Source: Lama guanicoe
Lineage: Eukaryota
Direction: 5' to 3'
Assembly: GCA_013239625.1 (NCBI GenBank)
Contig: MU055657.1
Location: 14,023,125 to 14,087,124 of the forward strand
Length of the DNA stretch: 64,000 nt
Both the position numbers and the translations under genes were made by a program. The notes beneath the pieces were generated by a model. The model saw only the letters and a program-made list of their open reading frames with translations, made no database searches and was not told where the DNA came from. Of this stretch, positions 23,201 through 35,639 are shown piece after piece (position 1 is the first letter of the stretch; each line of letters opens with the position of its first letter).

Positions 23201-26200
23201 CAATCTCGCTTTTCTTCAGGCACTTCTTCTAATGATTGCAAGTATTTTCAACCACTCTTCTTTCATCAGCCAATAAATCCTGGTCAACCTGATTTTGCAC
23301 AAGACCCTTCCCAACAAATGGGCAAAATATGCACTCACTTTCCTGCTTCACGGATTAGAAAATTAGCCCCAAAGAAGTTCCATCACCTGCCCACATTTGT
23401 TCCATTTATGTTGGCATTGAACGTAAGAGAGCCTGACTCCTACTCCCTGGCTTCTCCTTGGTCGAGTCATCTTCAGAGCAGCATTACTCAGCTTGCAGCG
23501 AAAGGGATCACACTCATGCTCAAGCAGACTGCCATGCTCCCCCTTCCTCTGCACCAGAATTCTGTGCAGCTGACCCCTGCCTGAGTCATTCATGGGAAGC
23601 ATCTGAGAACACATTGTGTACAACACACCAGCCCGCCCAGGAATGTCTTTCATTATCCCAAGCACAAAGGGTCAGTGGAGTGTTCTAGGAATATCTTCAA
23701 AAAGGAAGCAAGAATTCAAGGCACAATATTTCTCCCCAGTCACTACCCCACTACTTGCGCATAGACTACCAGGTGTGTGCTGAAGTATGGAGACCTGGGA
23801 AACCTTGACAGTGACTCAGAGAGTTTCAGTTCCTCCTGGAAAGGAGTAATTCAACAGATATGTTAATGCCATCATGGGCATCAGGAGCCCTGCTGTGGGC
23901 TGGAACCTCTGAAAATAAGCAGTGGATATCCAAAGTATCCCATGCTCCATGCGGGGCTGGAGAGAAGACCTGCACAGTCACTGCGCGTATTTGTCGAAGA
24001 GATAAGTGGCTTCTGAGAAGTTTCTGCAGGGCTGTGGACGCTCCTCTTCTTCCAGCTTCTAACACTCCTCTGACAACAGCCCAGGAGTGAGATTCTTCAG
24101 CCCAGGGCACTATTGGCTGCTTAAAGTTTACATGCTTCTGTTTTCATACAAGCAAGGAATGTAGCCCTGATTGAGGAAGTGCAAAGACAAGGGAAATGGC
24201 AAGGGACCAGATTTAAGAGGGATAAAGGCCCATTTTAGAAGCTGGTGGAGTGCTTGGAAAATCTGTACTAAAATTTTGATGTCAAAGCTACGTACCTCTC
24301 TTTATCAGTAAATAACTTGTTGAGTATCCGCTCTGACCTCACTTTGTGATGAGAGCCGTCAGAAAGTTCAAAAGAAGGGTGAGGGGATAGGAAGGCAGAG
24401 AAGAAAGAACAAAGGCCTCAGAGTCAGAAGAATGAATATGTTGTCAGCTCTTCGGCTTACTGAATCGACTTGCGTTGGGCCTGTATCTTATTTGTAAGGC
24501 GCTAATAGTCTCAGGAACTTCATAAGGCTGCTGCAAAAACTGGAGAAGTGTGTCAAGGGGGAGAAAACTAGCTTAGCATCTTCTTAGCTCTTCTGTGTAA
24601 TACTTATTTTTGAAGGCTTACAATATATATTAATGAACTTGCCAGACAAAATTCAAATCCTTGTGATAGACACCTACTTATCCTTCAAGGTTTCAATCAA
24701 CGATTCCCTCTTCTGGTTGTTATTCCCTTAAATTTATCTCTTCCTTAATTAAATCTTGAATGCCGTTACTACGGTGCAGTATATCACATATACGTTGAAG
24801 TGTTCACGTGCCACCCTAAACTGTGAGCTCCTCAAAACAGAGGCTGGGTCTTATTCATGCTTCTGCTCCCTCAGAACCTGTTAGAAGTCCTTTAGCAGAA
24901 ACACAGTATGATCAAACTATTATCTGGACAGGAAAAAAAGCTTTATGTCTAAAGAATTCTGTCCATAATCCATGTTTTGTCACAAATTTGGTAAAAAAGA
25001 AAGAAAAAAATCCCTTAGAGCTAAAGAGGGTCTTGCCATCTTGGGATGGTCCTTCTGCTTGTCTATGACATAGAATCATTGATCGTAACAATACGTCTAT
25101 TCAGGAATATGGTGGATGATGAGAATCAATTACACACACAAAGTGTCCTTGAACTAATGCTTTCATCACAAGGGTTCAATACAGACTCATTTAAAAATGT
25201 AAACTTGAAGTTTTTCAATTAGTTTCTTTTCTCAGTTTTCACTTGCAAGAAGAAGATTTTCTTGAGCAAAACATGATTTAAACAAACAACAAAAAAAACC
25301 AGCTTGGATATAGTTCACCTTTCATGCCATGTTTACTCCTTAGAGATAAATGTGGGCAGAAGAAAAATATGACCTAAACAATGTTAATCCAAACGATAAA
25401 GGGTGTATTTTATTACCGAAATTTTGTTTAATATTTACTTTCATAATATTTAAGTCACTGCAGTAACTCAAAGAGCAATGAAGTTTCCAAAATTAACCGA
25501 CATTTCAGGAAGGAATTTCATGAGTGAGATACTTTGATTTACTGAATCTTTTGTTATAGAACCAGACTTTGCAATGTCTTTGAGCAGAAATTCCCACATT
25601 CCCTGATATGAAAAATCTGGGTCCTTCAACTAATATCAGATGTTTTTAGTTTGCAATGGGTAAATGTCCCTGGAAAATTTCAAGTCGAGCATTTTTTAAG
25701 GAAATCCTTTAAAATGTTAAGAGGGACCTTAGAAATAAAGTCACCAATAAATCCCTTATAATATGAACACGCCTCTGTGTCACACATTTTACAGGACCAA
25801 TATTTCTGGTGTCAGATTTTCATAAAAAGGGATGAGAATGATCTCAAGACTGGGCTTTTTTTCCTTAATATTATAAACGAGGTTACAAGACGCTGTTCTC
25901 AAGTACCATATGTCTTTCTTTCAATTGTTAAGAACCATTTCTAAAGATCTAACACAACAGCAGATGAGCCACACTGGCTGGATTTGAGGATAATTGGATT
26001 TTCTTTTCTCTTCACAAAAATTATGCATGCCTGGGAAGAGCAGCAAGAATAAACTTCACCCGATGCCTACTAATTACCATCAGCTAGTGCCTGGCTTTTG
26101 AAATCTGATTTAAGGACGAAAAATTAAATGAAACCACAGGCTTGGCTGAGAGAAAACTGTATAATGTTGAAGCAATGATGGGGGGAGCCCGATCCTTAGC

Positions 26201-26212
26201 AGGCTAGACTTT

Positions 26213-26432
26213 NNNNNNNNNNNNNNNNNNNNNNNNNNNNNNNNNNNNNNNNNNNNNNNNNNNNNNNNNNNNNNNNNNNNNNNNNNNNNNNNNNNNNNNN
26301 NNNNNNNNNNNNNNNNNNNNNNNNNNNNNNNNNNNNNNNNNNNNNNNNNNNNNNNNNNNNNNNNNNNNNNNNNNNNNNNNNNNNNNNNNNNNNNNNNNNN
26401 NNNNNNNNNNNNNNNNNNNNNNNNNNNNNNNN
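26213..26432. other. Assembly gap (220 N)
   Basis: N run. Confidence 0.99.
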
Positions 26433-27343
26433 TGTGCTGAGCTGATGGTTCACCATGAATCATTCATGTGGCAGGCATCTTCAATGAGAGGGTAAGGAGG
26501 GCTAACACTGATTTGCAGAGTTTAGATGAAGTATGGCTTTCTCATTCATTTCATTTGCTTCATCAGAGTTGATGCTTATCCTTGAAAACCATACCCTTTC
26601 CTAAAATGATTACAGGAAGAGAGAACAAGCATATTCAATCAGCCCTTCCTGCTGTACCAAGTCTGATTTAGATTATGCCTTAGGAAATACTGCTTCCTCC
26701 TTTCAGAAACTAGGAATTAGTGTTTCTCTCTCTCTCTCTCTTCTCTTCCTGTCCTCTCTCCACTCCACCTCCCCTCAACGGGTAAAACAAAAGGATTTTA
26801 AACTAGGAAGTGGCATTTTTTTTAAAGTCTGCATTTTCTATTTCAAATTCTTAAAGCTTACCTCTTTTTTTGTTTTCTTTTTTGGAGACGGGGTGCAGTC
26901 GGTTTCTCTGAGACTATGATAAAAATGCCTCCTCCTTCAATAACTCAACTAACCACATATTCACACCTGACATCCAACTTTAAGAGGGTTGCAGTCTGAG
27001 ATCATCCAAGGATCCTCCGGTCATACCTCCTCCCTCCCTCTCATGCCAAGGGTATCAAGTTGCACCTTTGCTCTAAACTTCCCAGTAACGTATCCTACCA
27101 AGATTTGCAGGCGATGGGACCTTAGACCATTTTTTCTTCTCCATTTTTTTTTTGGTGACATATCCTGTCTAAGCACATAACAAGATTCAAGGGAAAACAG
27201 TTCAAAGGAGAACCTGGTAGAGTTCAGGATTCTGGGCCATCCTGATTCTTCAGTGGCTCTAAAAGCTTTTTAACAGCTTCAAAGATAAAATAAAAATACA
27301 TCGTAGATATTACCCTGGCAAATCCCCTAGTCTTTCCCATTCT

Positions 27344-27482
27344 TTTTTTTTTCCTTTAATATTTTTTTGGCAGGGAGGTAATTAGGTTTGTTTACTTATT
27401 TTTTAATAGGGGTGCTGGGGATTGAACCGAGGACCTCATGCATGCTAGGCAGGTACTCTACCACTGAGCTATACCTTCCCCC
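27344..27482 (-). mobile_element. Camelid tRNA-Ala-derived SINE (Vic-1 type)
   Basis: Reverse complement reads GGGGGAAGGTATAGCTCAGTGGTAGAGTACCTGCCTAGCATGCATGAGGTCCTCGGTTCAATCCCCAGCACC...AAACCTAATTACCTCCC plus A-rich tail; TSD TCCCATTCT at 27335-43 and 27484-92. Confidence 0.9.
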
Positions 27483-27494
27483 ATCCCATTCTGT

Positions 27495-27693
27495 TTTATA
27501 ACAGCTTTATTGAGATATAATTCACAGACCACAACATTTATCCATATAAAGTGTTCAGTGCTATTCAGAGTTGTGCAGTTCATCAACCCAAAAAGAAAGC
27601 CCCCACCCCCTGGCAGTCACTCCCCATCCCCCCACCTCCATCCCTAAAGCCAGTCACCAATCTACTTTTTGTCTCTATGGATTTGTCTGCTCC
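27495..27693 (-). mobile_element. L1MB-type 3' end fragment
   Basis: ACAGCTTTATTGAGATATAATTCACA...CAGAGTTGTGCA...AATCTACTTTTTGTCTCTATGGATTTG. Confidence 0.85.
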
Positions 27694-28129
27694 AAATGAG
27701 AACTCAAATGGGAACTGCCATCTGGTTGCCCCAGATGACCATAAATCTGCACTCTTGAATTAAAGAATTTGTCATTTGACTGTCTCATGGGAGTGAAGCA
27801 TTATGTTAGGTATGCAGAAGTTTCAAAGGTGAGTTTCCAACCCAGTGTTGGGAATTATTCTAAAAAAGGAGTGATTGACGATCTGAAGCAATACACCAGG
27901 GATCCTGAATGCCTTGCCCACCAAAGCTGGCAGGCCCAGCCTCACTTCTAAAAGCCAGGGTTCACCAGGAACTACCCCAGATGTGGGTTCCCGTTGTGAT
28001 CAACATCCTGAACCAGTCACTGGAATTCCAAATCATCGGATTTCCTCAGATTCTGATCCCGGGAATTCTTTTTCGTGTGTAGTCTCACAATATTCTTTTG
28101 GAGCTTGTGACAGAGATAGGGAGTTGCTT

Positions 28130-28542
28130 CCTGCTTCCTTCATCGCTTCCTGGTCACGCTGTCTTCTTTTTGTTCCTTTCTCACATCAAATGCCCTCTCA
28201 GCCAGGGACCTTTGCATATGACATTCCTGCCACTTACTCTTCTTGACTCCTATGACCTCCTGAAATTCCACCAGCCATCTTTCAAGTCTAGGCTTAAAAT
28301 GGGATTTTTATTCAGACTGGGCCAGACTAAACCAGGTTCAGCTTTTAGGAAGGCCTTGTATTTACCCTTTATCTCTTCTACCACAATTATAATTTCAATT
28401 ATTTCTATTTTTTTGTTAAATATCTATTCCCCCACTAAAATATGGCACCAGTAATTACACAATTTCACAATTGTATTTCTAGGACCTAGAATAGTGCCTG
28501 GAGTAGATTATACACTAATGTATATTTGTAAATGAATGAAAG
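28130..28542 (+). mobile_element. L2 3' end
   Basis: CAGGGACCTTTGCATATGACATTCC...ACCTAGAATAGTGCCTGG...AATGAATGAA. Confidence 0.75.
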
Positions 28543-28924
28543 ACTTGAATACAATCAGAACCACTACATCTGCCTGTGTCTTTCTTTATATGTCTGTGTC
28601 TGTGGCTATGGCAGTTATATATACATACATTAGGTTAAATCATGAGGACTAGAAACAACCTATTTCCTAAAACAAACAAACAAAAATGTGCTTGACAAGC
28701 TGTACTGAAATTATCTGTTTGTTTCTATTTCCACCATTAGGTAGTAAGTTTCTCAAGGCCAGGAATGTATGTGTTTAAATGTCTGGCACATAGTAATCAC
28801 TTAATTTTTGCAATATACATAGCACTTTATGTCTCAAGAAAGTATACTGGCCCTTGGTCTTACACTGTTTGACCTGTAAATTCTCTGTCCTTGGTCTTCT
28901 CCACAGACAATAGTACCCAGGGCT

Positions 28925-29438
28925 GTTGACTTAAAGACCATCTGTGGGCTGACGACTCACCAGACTGAAACTCTGTCCCCAGTTTCACCCCTAATCACCT
29001 ATGGTAGCATCTCAAATTTATGAGAATTGTTGGTTCTCTCTTTCCACGATCCCTCCAAAGTTGTCTGCTCCATTTCAGAAAATGGTATCACCATCCTTCT
29101 AAGTGCTCGAGATAAAATCCTTGATACCTACCTTTCCGCCTTGCCCCATGTCTAAACTGTAAGCCAGCTCTTGAAAAACATACCTAGGATCCATTTATCA
29201 TATTGTACTTAAAGGACATACCTGAGAACCATTAGAGCATTTATCTTACTTATCATGATCTGAAATTATCCTACTTTTTTGTTTTCTAGTTTTTGATCAT
29301 CCCCCCTCACTAGACCATCAATCTTGAGGCCATGAATCTTGGTTTTTGTTTTTCTTTTTGTTTTTTGCTCTTCTTACCCTAACACTCAGAACAGGACCTG
29401 CGTCTTGGCAAATGCTTATTGAATGAATGAATGAATGG
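28925..29438 (+). mobile_element. L2 3' end
   Basis: AGCATCTCAAATTT, CATTTCAGAAAATGGTATCACCATCC and terminal TTGAATGAATGAATGAATG. Confidence 0.75.
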
Positions 29439-31829
29439 AAAATGAGCATTTATGGCAGCAGGCTGAATTGAATGGGAGAAGCAATAGTAGTGGGAAAGGT
29501 AATAACACATCATTGGAAAAGAATTGGTGAGGGGAGAAAAACCAAACAAGAGAAGGTAAAAATGAAATAAAAAGATTCTAGATGCAAAATTTTAATAGGT
29601 TTGGGTCATGTACCCCTTTGTGATATTATAGTATCATTTGGCATATAATTTCAAGCTGTTCCCTAGAAACTGAATCTCATTCAAGATCCTCTCAGAAGGG
29701 GTCATGAATGCCAGAGTAAAAATTTCTAGAGGTTGATCAGTGGTCACTTTATCTTCCCAGAGAACACTTCATTCTGAAGGTCAGCTTCCATCTAACAATG
29801 CCACTTTTTTGAAACTTCAACAATTGCATCAAATTCCCCATTAAGATGGACAGATGTGAGATTATGCAGGTGGTGCTGTGTTGGCTTTGCAGAATCTCAA
29901 GTTGGGCAAAGCTGTGCAGGACAAAATACAAAGCAAAACAATTGCCCCAAGAATCCTTTTGCTACAGTGGAGTTACTCCAGATAGATCCAACGTCTCTGA
30001 GGTCTAGCCTTAATCTTAATGAAAGTTATTAAAATTTCTCAGGATTCACTGTGTTCATAGCTTCCAGAGAGAAGTCAATTACTATCAAACTTGGTCTGGA
30101 GGCAGGGTCTTTAAAAGGGATTCATGGGCCAAATATGATTTTTCCAGTGGATTCATCCAAAGAATAAGGAAATGTGTGTCTTCGTGCTACTTAGCTTGTA
30201 CACATCAAATACACTGTGTGAAGCCATTGAAGGCTGTTGAACCACCTATGAGTTAGATTCCACTGAAATAGTGTCACATTTCACTAACAGTCCCTAGAAA
30301 ACTTGACTGTACTGCCTCGCTTTCATGGGACAGTGTCCAGGATAAGCAGGGAAATATTTTCCCCCTCTATTTTATCTGAGTTTGCTCAAGGAACTGAAAT
30401 CATCATGTCTTGAACCACATGCCATGTACAAGGCCTCCGACCAGCACGCAGAAAACTCTAAGGAATCGTTATTTAGAGATTCTTGCCATTTGCAAGCCTG
30501 TGGAATTCAGGTGCCCACAGGAAGGAGTGCAGAGGTTTTTCCAGCCTAACCATATCGGCCATCTCGCCACAAGGACCTTCTGTTCTGGCTCAGGTCCTTC
30601 TATCAGACTCAGGCTGTTCTTCAAGGCCAAGTGTGAGTTTTATGCATCTGGTTTACATTTTGTAAGTTTATCTCGTTCACAAGCTCCGTATACACAATGG
30701 CTTGCCTGCTTTGTGTTCACACTTGTTTTTCAAGAGGAGGTAGGATAGTTGGGCATTGGAGAACAGAAATTCTAGAAGTTTAACTTCAGAGTAGAAATGA
30801 ATGATAATCAAGAGAACCAGAGGCACTAGTGCACAGCAGAGAAAATCAGAAGAGCAGGATCAATGATGTGAAGGTGTGGGAAGTGAGTAAAGGATAATGT
30901 GACTGTGGCGTGGGCAGGAAGAGATTTAGAAATTTTGGGGTGAATTAAGCAAAGGTTTTCATAACTATCTTTTTCTCCTACTTGTGAGGTGTGGGTTGCT
31001 GTGCGCTGTAGCACTGTGGCAAAAAAAAACTTGGTGGAGAGGAAAACAGTTTTAAAATTTCTCTTAGAACCCAGCCCACTGGAATTATGAAAGCAGCCTC
31101 AGTAAGTAAGATAGACGTGTATGCCTCCAGTTACAGAGGTGTAGGAAAAGGAATGACTCCACTTACTGGAAACTCCTATTTGCATTGGAGAACATGATTA
31201 TTTGAATTGGATGGTGGAGGGAGAGGTGCATCTTACTTTATCAAACATATTACGGATGTAACTTTTAATTCATCCACTCAGGGCCATTTGGTTTGTGGAC
31301 ACAGGATGATTGTTAATATTTTTAAACGCATTTTTAAAATTACCTTTAAGCTCCTTAAATATTCTAAGAACATTCTTAAGCTCCTTAAGAATTCCAAGAA
31401 TAATTTGTTTGCAAGTCAAAGACTGACACCTGCTATATTCCATTGTTGATTTTTTTTTAAGTAATTTCCTTCTATACAGCCTGCTGTGGAAGCATGCCTT
31501 ACTACTGTTTTCTTGTGTAGGTAAGAAGAATCAGAGAAACCCACTAATAAAATATTTCCACCCACACAGAGAGTAAGACGGGCTGGGCAGTGCCCATCTA
31601 ATATACAAGGTAGTTTGCCTTTTAAGGTTACATTCTCTGGGATGTAAAAATTATTCAGTTTAGGTGATTTGGATGGCGGTTTCTGAAAATTACTCAAACG
31701 TAAATGAATCATCCTCCTCCAAATTAAACGAGCTCCGTGTTTTAGAGGCTTGCTTTTCTAAATTCTCCTTGTCTTTCACTTTTACCTGCTAGATGGAGAG
31801 TGAGCTGTGCTTACTGCTCTCCATCAGGG

Positions 31830-31962
31830 AGAGCGGACCCTTCCTTCCGCAGCTCATTAACCTGCAGGGACCGCCGCGCTGTTCACTCCCGGGCGCATCA
31901 TGCTCGGGTCCTCCGAGGAGGGTGCGCGGGAGGTTGGAGCGCGGGGGTGGGAATGGAGGCGT
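31830..31962. promoter_or_regulatory. Small CpG/GC-rich patch, candidate promoter or enhancer
   Basis: About 14 CpG in ~130 bp against a strongly CpG-depleted background; too short for a formal CpG island. Confidence 0.4.
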
Positions 31963-34296
31963 CTTCCATGCTATTTTGGTTTCTGCTACTGACTGGCTGC
32001 TCAGCTGTTCATGAGTCACCTTAACCTCAAAATCTGTCATTAAAACAGAAATAATGATACCTATTTTCTGTGCCTTATATGAATTGCATGAAGACCTTAT
32101 TCATATTTCTGAAATCCATGTGAGAATGAGTCAGGGTTAGCTATAGGGAAAAGCACAATGCAGTTGTTTCTAAGCCACGATCAAGATGCCTTTATCATCT
32201 AGGCTTTGAGAATTCTCTGTGCTGCAAAATTAGAAATGCGAGGAGGTCTTCACACGGATTAAATTTGACAAAATATTTATTTGACTAACCGGATCAAGAA
32301 TATATGCGGTTTAAACAACGTATGGCATTAAAACTTATTTATTAAAATGTTCGTTTAATAAAATTGTATCAAGCATCCTGGCACTGAATTAGACATTAGG
32401 GGTACCTTGTGGCACGGAACCCCTCCTAAGGAAGACCGCATACTAGAAATAAGACAGTAAATGACTCTGGTGGTTATTTGGGACATTTTTTACTTTAATA
32501 TCATCAATACTAGGGCTCTTAAAGCACTGGTTGGGAGCTTCAGAGAGAACTCACCTTAATAGTTTACCTAAAAAGTTTACATTTATCTTAAATTTTTTTT
32601 TTTACAGTATACCTTACCTTATTTAGTTATTGTTTTTCTACACTTGTGACTTTAAGGTTTAATTTACTTTTTATCCATTTATGTGTAGAAATAAAAATAT
32701 TAAAGGACATCAGGTTTGTCTCTGGACAGCATTTTGTCCCCATTTCATATATTGCTTGTAATGTTTAGTGCTATCAGTATTATGTACTAAATGTTCAGGA
32801 ATAATAACTTTTATTAGGTGATCCTATTAAAATTTCTAAGTAATAATCAGCCTACGCTTCAACTTTTGCTCTCAGTATCCAGCTAGCTTACATAAGCAGA
32901 TTTGTTTGTGTAGGCATTTCTTTTGTCTTTGTCATAAAGTCCAAGTTCCTCATATGGATTGCTGTATACTTGACCTCTGAGCCAGGGAGCATATTTTATA
33001 GATGCTCTATGCAATTCTTCCTGGTCCACCCACATACTGGCTTCCGCCATTTCAGCAGTCTTTACATCAGGCTCCTACAAACAGATTTCTGCCAGACTGA
33101 ACAGTTTTTAGGACAGGTCCTTACAAACAATGACAATGTGTTTATTTATTTGGGTTTGGGGTGCAAAAAATAAATAGAACCAAGTACCTACCCTTCATTC
33201 TTCCATCCAAAGTCCAGGGGAGGGTACCCCTATGAACTGGCATTCTTCTCTGTGGGATGGATGGGAAGATTCTGAATGTGATACTATTTGCCTTTTTTGG
33301 ACCAGAGCTCAGTTATGTGGCTCCTGCACTTCCTGTCCTGGGGAGAGATGAAAGAGTAGCAGTGAGTCTCCATATAGCACATCCAAATGCTGTGGCTGGA
33401 ATCTCAAACCCTTAGCCTCGGTCTTTTTATCACACTGCCCTGCTCCTTCTCAGCAGAGCTGCCTCATCGTTGGTCCCTCTCTCATAACCTTGTCCCATGA
33501 GATATGGGGGCTTTTCTCCAAGTGCTTTATTTTCTACCAAAAATCTTTTTGGAGAGGAGTGAAGTTCTAATTATTATTGCCACAACTGTTTTATCTCATT
33601 TAGGAGAAATAAAATTACTAAGTTGAACTATTCTTCTAGCTAGATCTTAATGACCAATATATAAAGTTGTTTTTGATTTTTTGCTGTATTTTAAATCAAA
33701 ACATTTTGCCATCTGAACCTTAAACACACTGAGTAGGATGTTTCCATTTCCTTGGCCCAGGGACAAATTTCCAAACAATATTTTGTGCAAAATCCATGTA
33801 GAAAGGTGGGCTTTTACTTTCTCGTTCCTCAAATTAAGATGAAAGGTTTTTTAAAAATCTGCACAAGAACATGATTGAAATTAGATTTCTTAAAAATTTA
33901 ATAATTATCTCCTAATCCGTAAGACTTTGCTCACTCCTTTGAGCACTCGTTATTTTCATTTCACAACTTCTTTGTTTCCATCACACAAAATGATCCTAAA
34001 TGATGCCAGAAGTCTCAGATTGCTCCCTAATCCCCATTCCTCGACTCTCCAATTAAATCCCATTGGTAGGCTCAGCTGAATTATAGATGTGGGAAATATC
34101 ACTTTGTTACTGAGGAAAACTGCAGGAACCCTATTTTAGTAGTTCAAATAAATCAACATCAAATTAAGTTAGCAGTAAGGCTTCTGACCTGTCCCAGTGA
34201 CAAAGTGCCTGCCTTTGTCCCACCCCTGAGTATTTACCTGGATGCCCTACCATCCTTTCTTATTGTCATCATTTCTCTTGTCCATCCTCTTATGTA

Positions 34297-34439
34297 CAGT
34301 CAGCCTTCCATATCCTAAGTTGTTTAAATCTCAGATGCAAAGCTATATTCCACTTTATATAAAGGACTTGAGCATTCTCAGGTTTTGGTATTTATGGGAG
34401 TCCTGGACCCAGGACCTCACGGGTTGCTAAGGACGACTG
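34297..34439 (-). mobile_element. Short MER2/Tigger-like TcMar DNA transposon with TA TSD
   Basis: TA|CAGTCAGCC...GGACGACTG|TA terminal inverted repeats; internal GGACTTGAGCAT...TTTTGGTAT...GGGAGTCCTGGA. Confidence 0.8.
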
Positions 34440-35109
34440 TACTTGCATCCCATCCTCTTCCTCTTCATCAATTCAATGATTGTGTTTCCCTGTCTACTCA
34501 GTCTTCCTAAGCAAGCTGTCATCCTGCCCAACTCTCTGCCTCTCACCTGCCTCCATTGTCTCCATCATTGTATTTTCACTGACTTTCTCCTGAGATACCA
34601 CTTGTTTGCCTTAGATTGAGGATCTGTCTGAAGTCTCATCTCTTACCTGCCACCATACTATTTTAGTAGTAGGAATATTAGAAACTACTCAGAATACGTA
34701 TGAAATGTTTTTAACATAACCGTAACTTTTAAGTGCTGCTTCTAAGAATCCATTAGAAGGGAATGGCAAACTGCAGAGGAAAAAGTAAGTACATAAAGAT
34801 GCTCAGTGTTCCTATTTATAATAGGAAAATAATTATAAAACACCACCAACATAGGAATGTTTAAAAAAAGAATGATAAATCATCTGGCAGATCTTAATGC
34901 AAACAAGAGAGTGCTGTAATAATATGGGAACATCTTTACACTAAATGAAATTCAATTATCTAATTTAAATATAATTAATTTAATTTAACTGAGTGGTAAC
35001 TTAAAAAAAGAAGTGGGATTTACTGTGTAGAGTGTGATGATCACTAAGGTATTTTGTTTTTTAACTTACACATGGAAGTCAAAATTAGAACAGAAAGAAG
35101 TAACATAAA

Positions 35110-35639
35110 TGTAGGTGGTTGATTTTCTGTCACACTGGTAACCATCTTTTAATTTTTCTGCATCTTCTTAATTTCCTCCAGGGATTGGTGTGACTTGCTT
35201 CTGAGCAATAGAATATAGCCAAGATGAAGGATGTCACTTTCATAGTTAGACTACAATGGACCATGACTTCTGTCTTGCTAGGAGACTTCCTCTGTCACCT
35301 TCTTGACTTCTGTGCTTTGACGAGCAAGCTGCCATGCAGGAGAACCCATTGCACTGGGAACTGAGGGCAGCCTCCAGTCAGCAGCTAGTGAGGGGCAGGG
35401 GCCTCAGTCCAACAGCCTGTAAGGAAACAGATGCTGTCACAACCACTGAGACACTGCCTGAGGTTCTAAGTGGATCGTTCCTCAGTCAAGCCTTCAGATG
35501 AGAACACAGAACCTGGCTGAGGACCTAGGGAGGCTGTGTCCAGATCCCCAGACCCTCAAAATGGAGATAATGAATGTGTGTTATTTTAAGCTTATATGTT
35601 TTGGAGTAATTTGCTACATAGTAATAAATGACTAGCACA
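35110..35639 (+). mobile_element. MaLR solo LTR, MLT1F/G-like
   Basis: GTGACTTGCTT..GCAATAGAAT, GGAACTGAGGGCAGCCTCCAG, CCTCAGTCCAACAGCC, CAGTCAAGCCTTCAGATGAGA; end TTTTGGAGTAATTTGCTACATAGTAATA. Confidence 0.85.

Noticed and set aside
30410-30748. 112-aa ORF and possible exon ending at GTGAGT near 30633
   Set aside because: TTG start, weak acceptor and no recognisable homology
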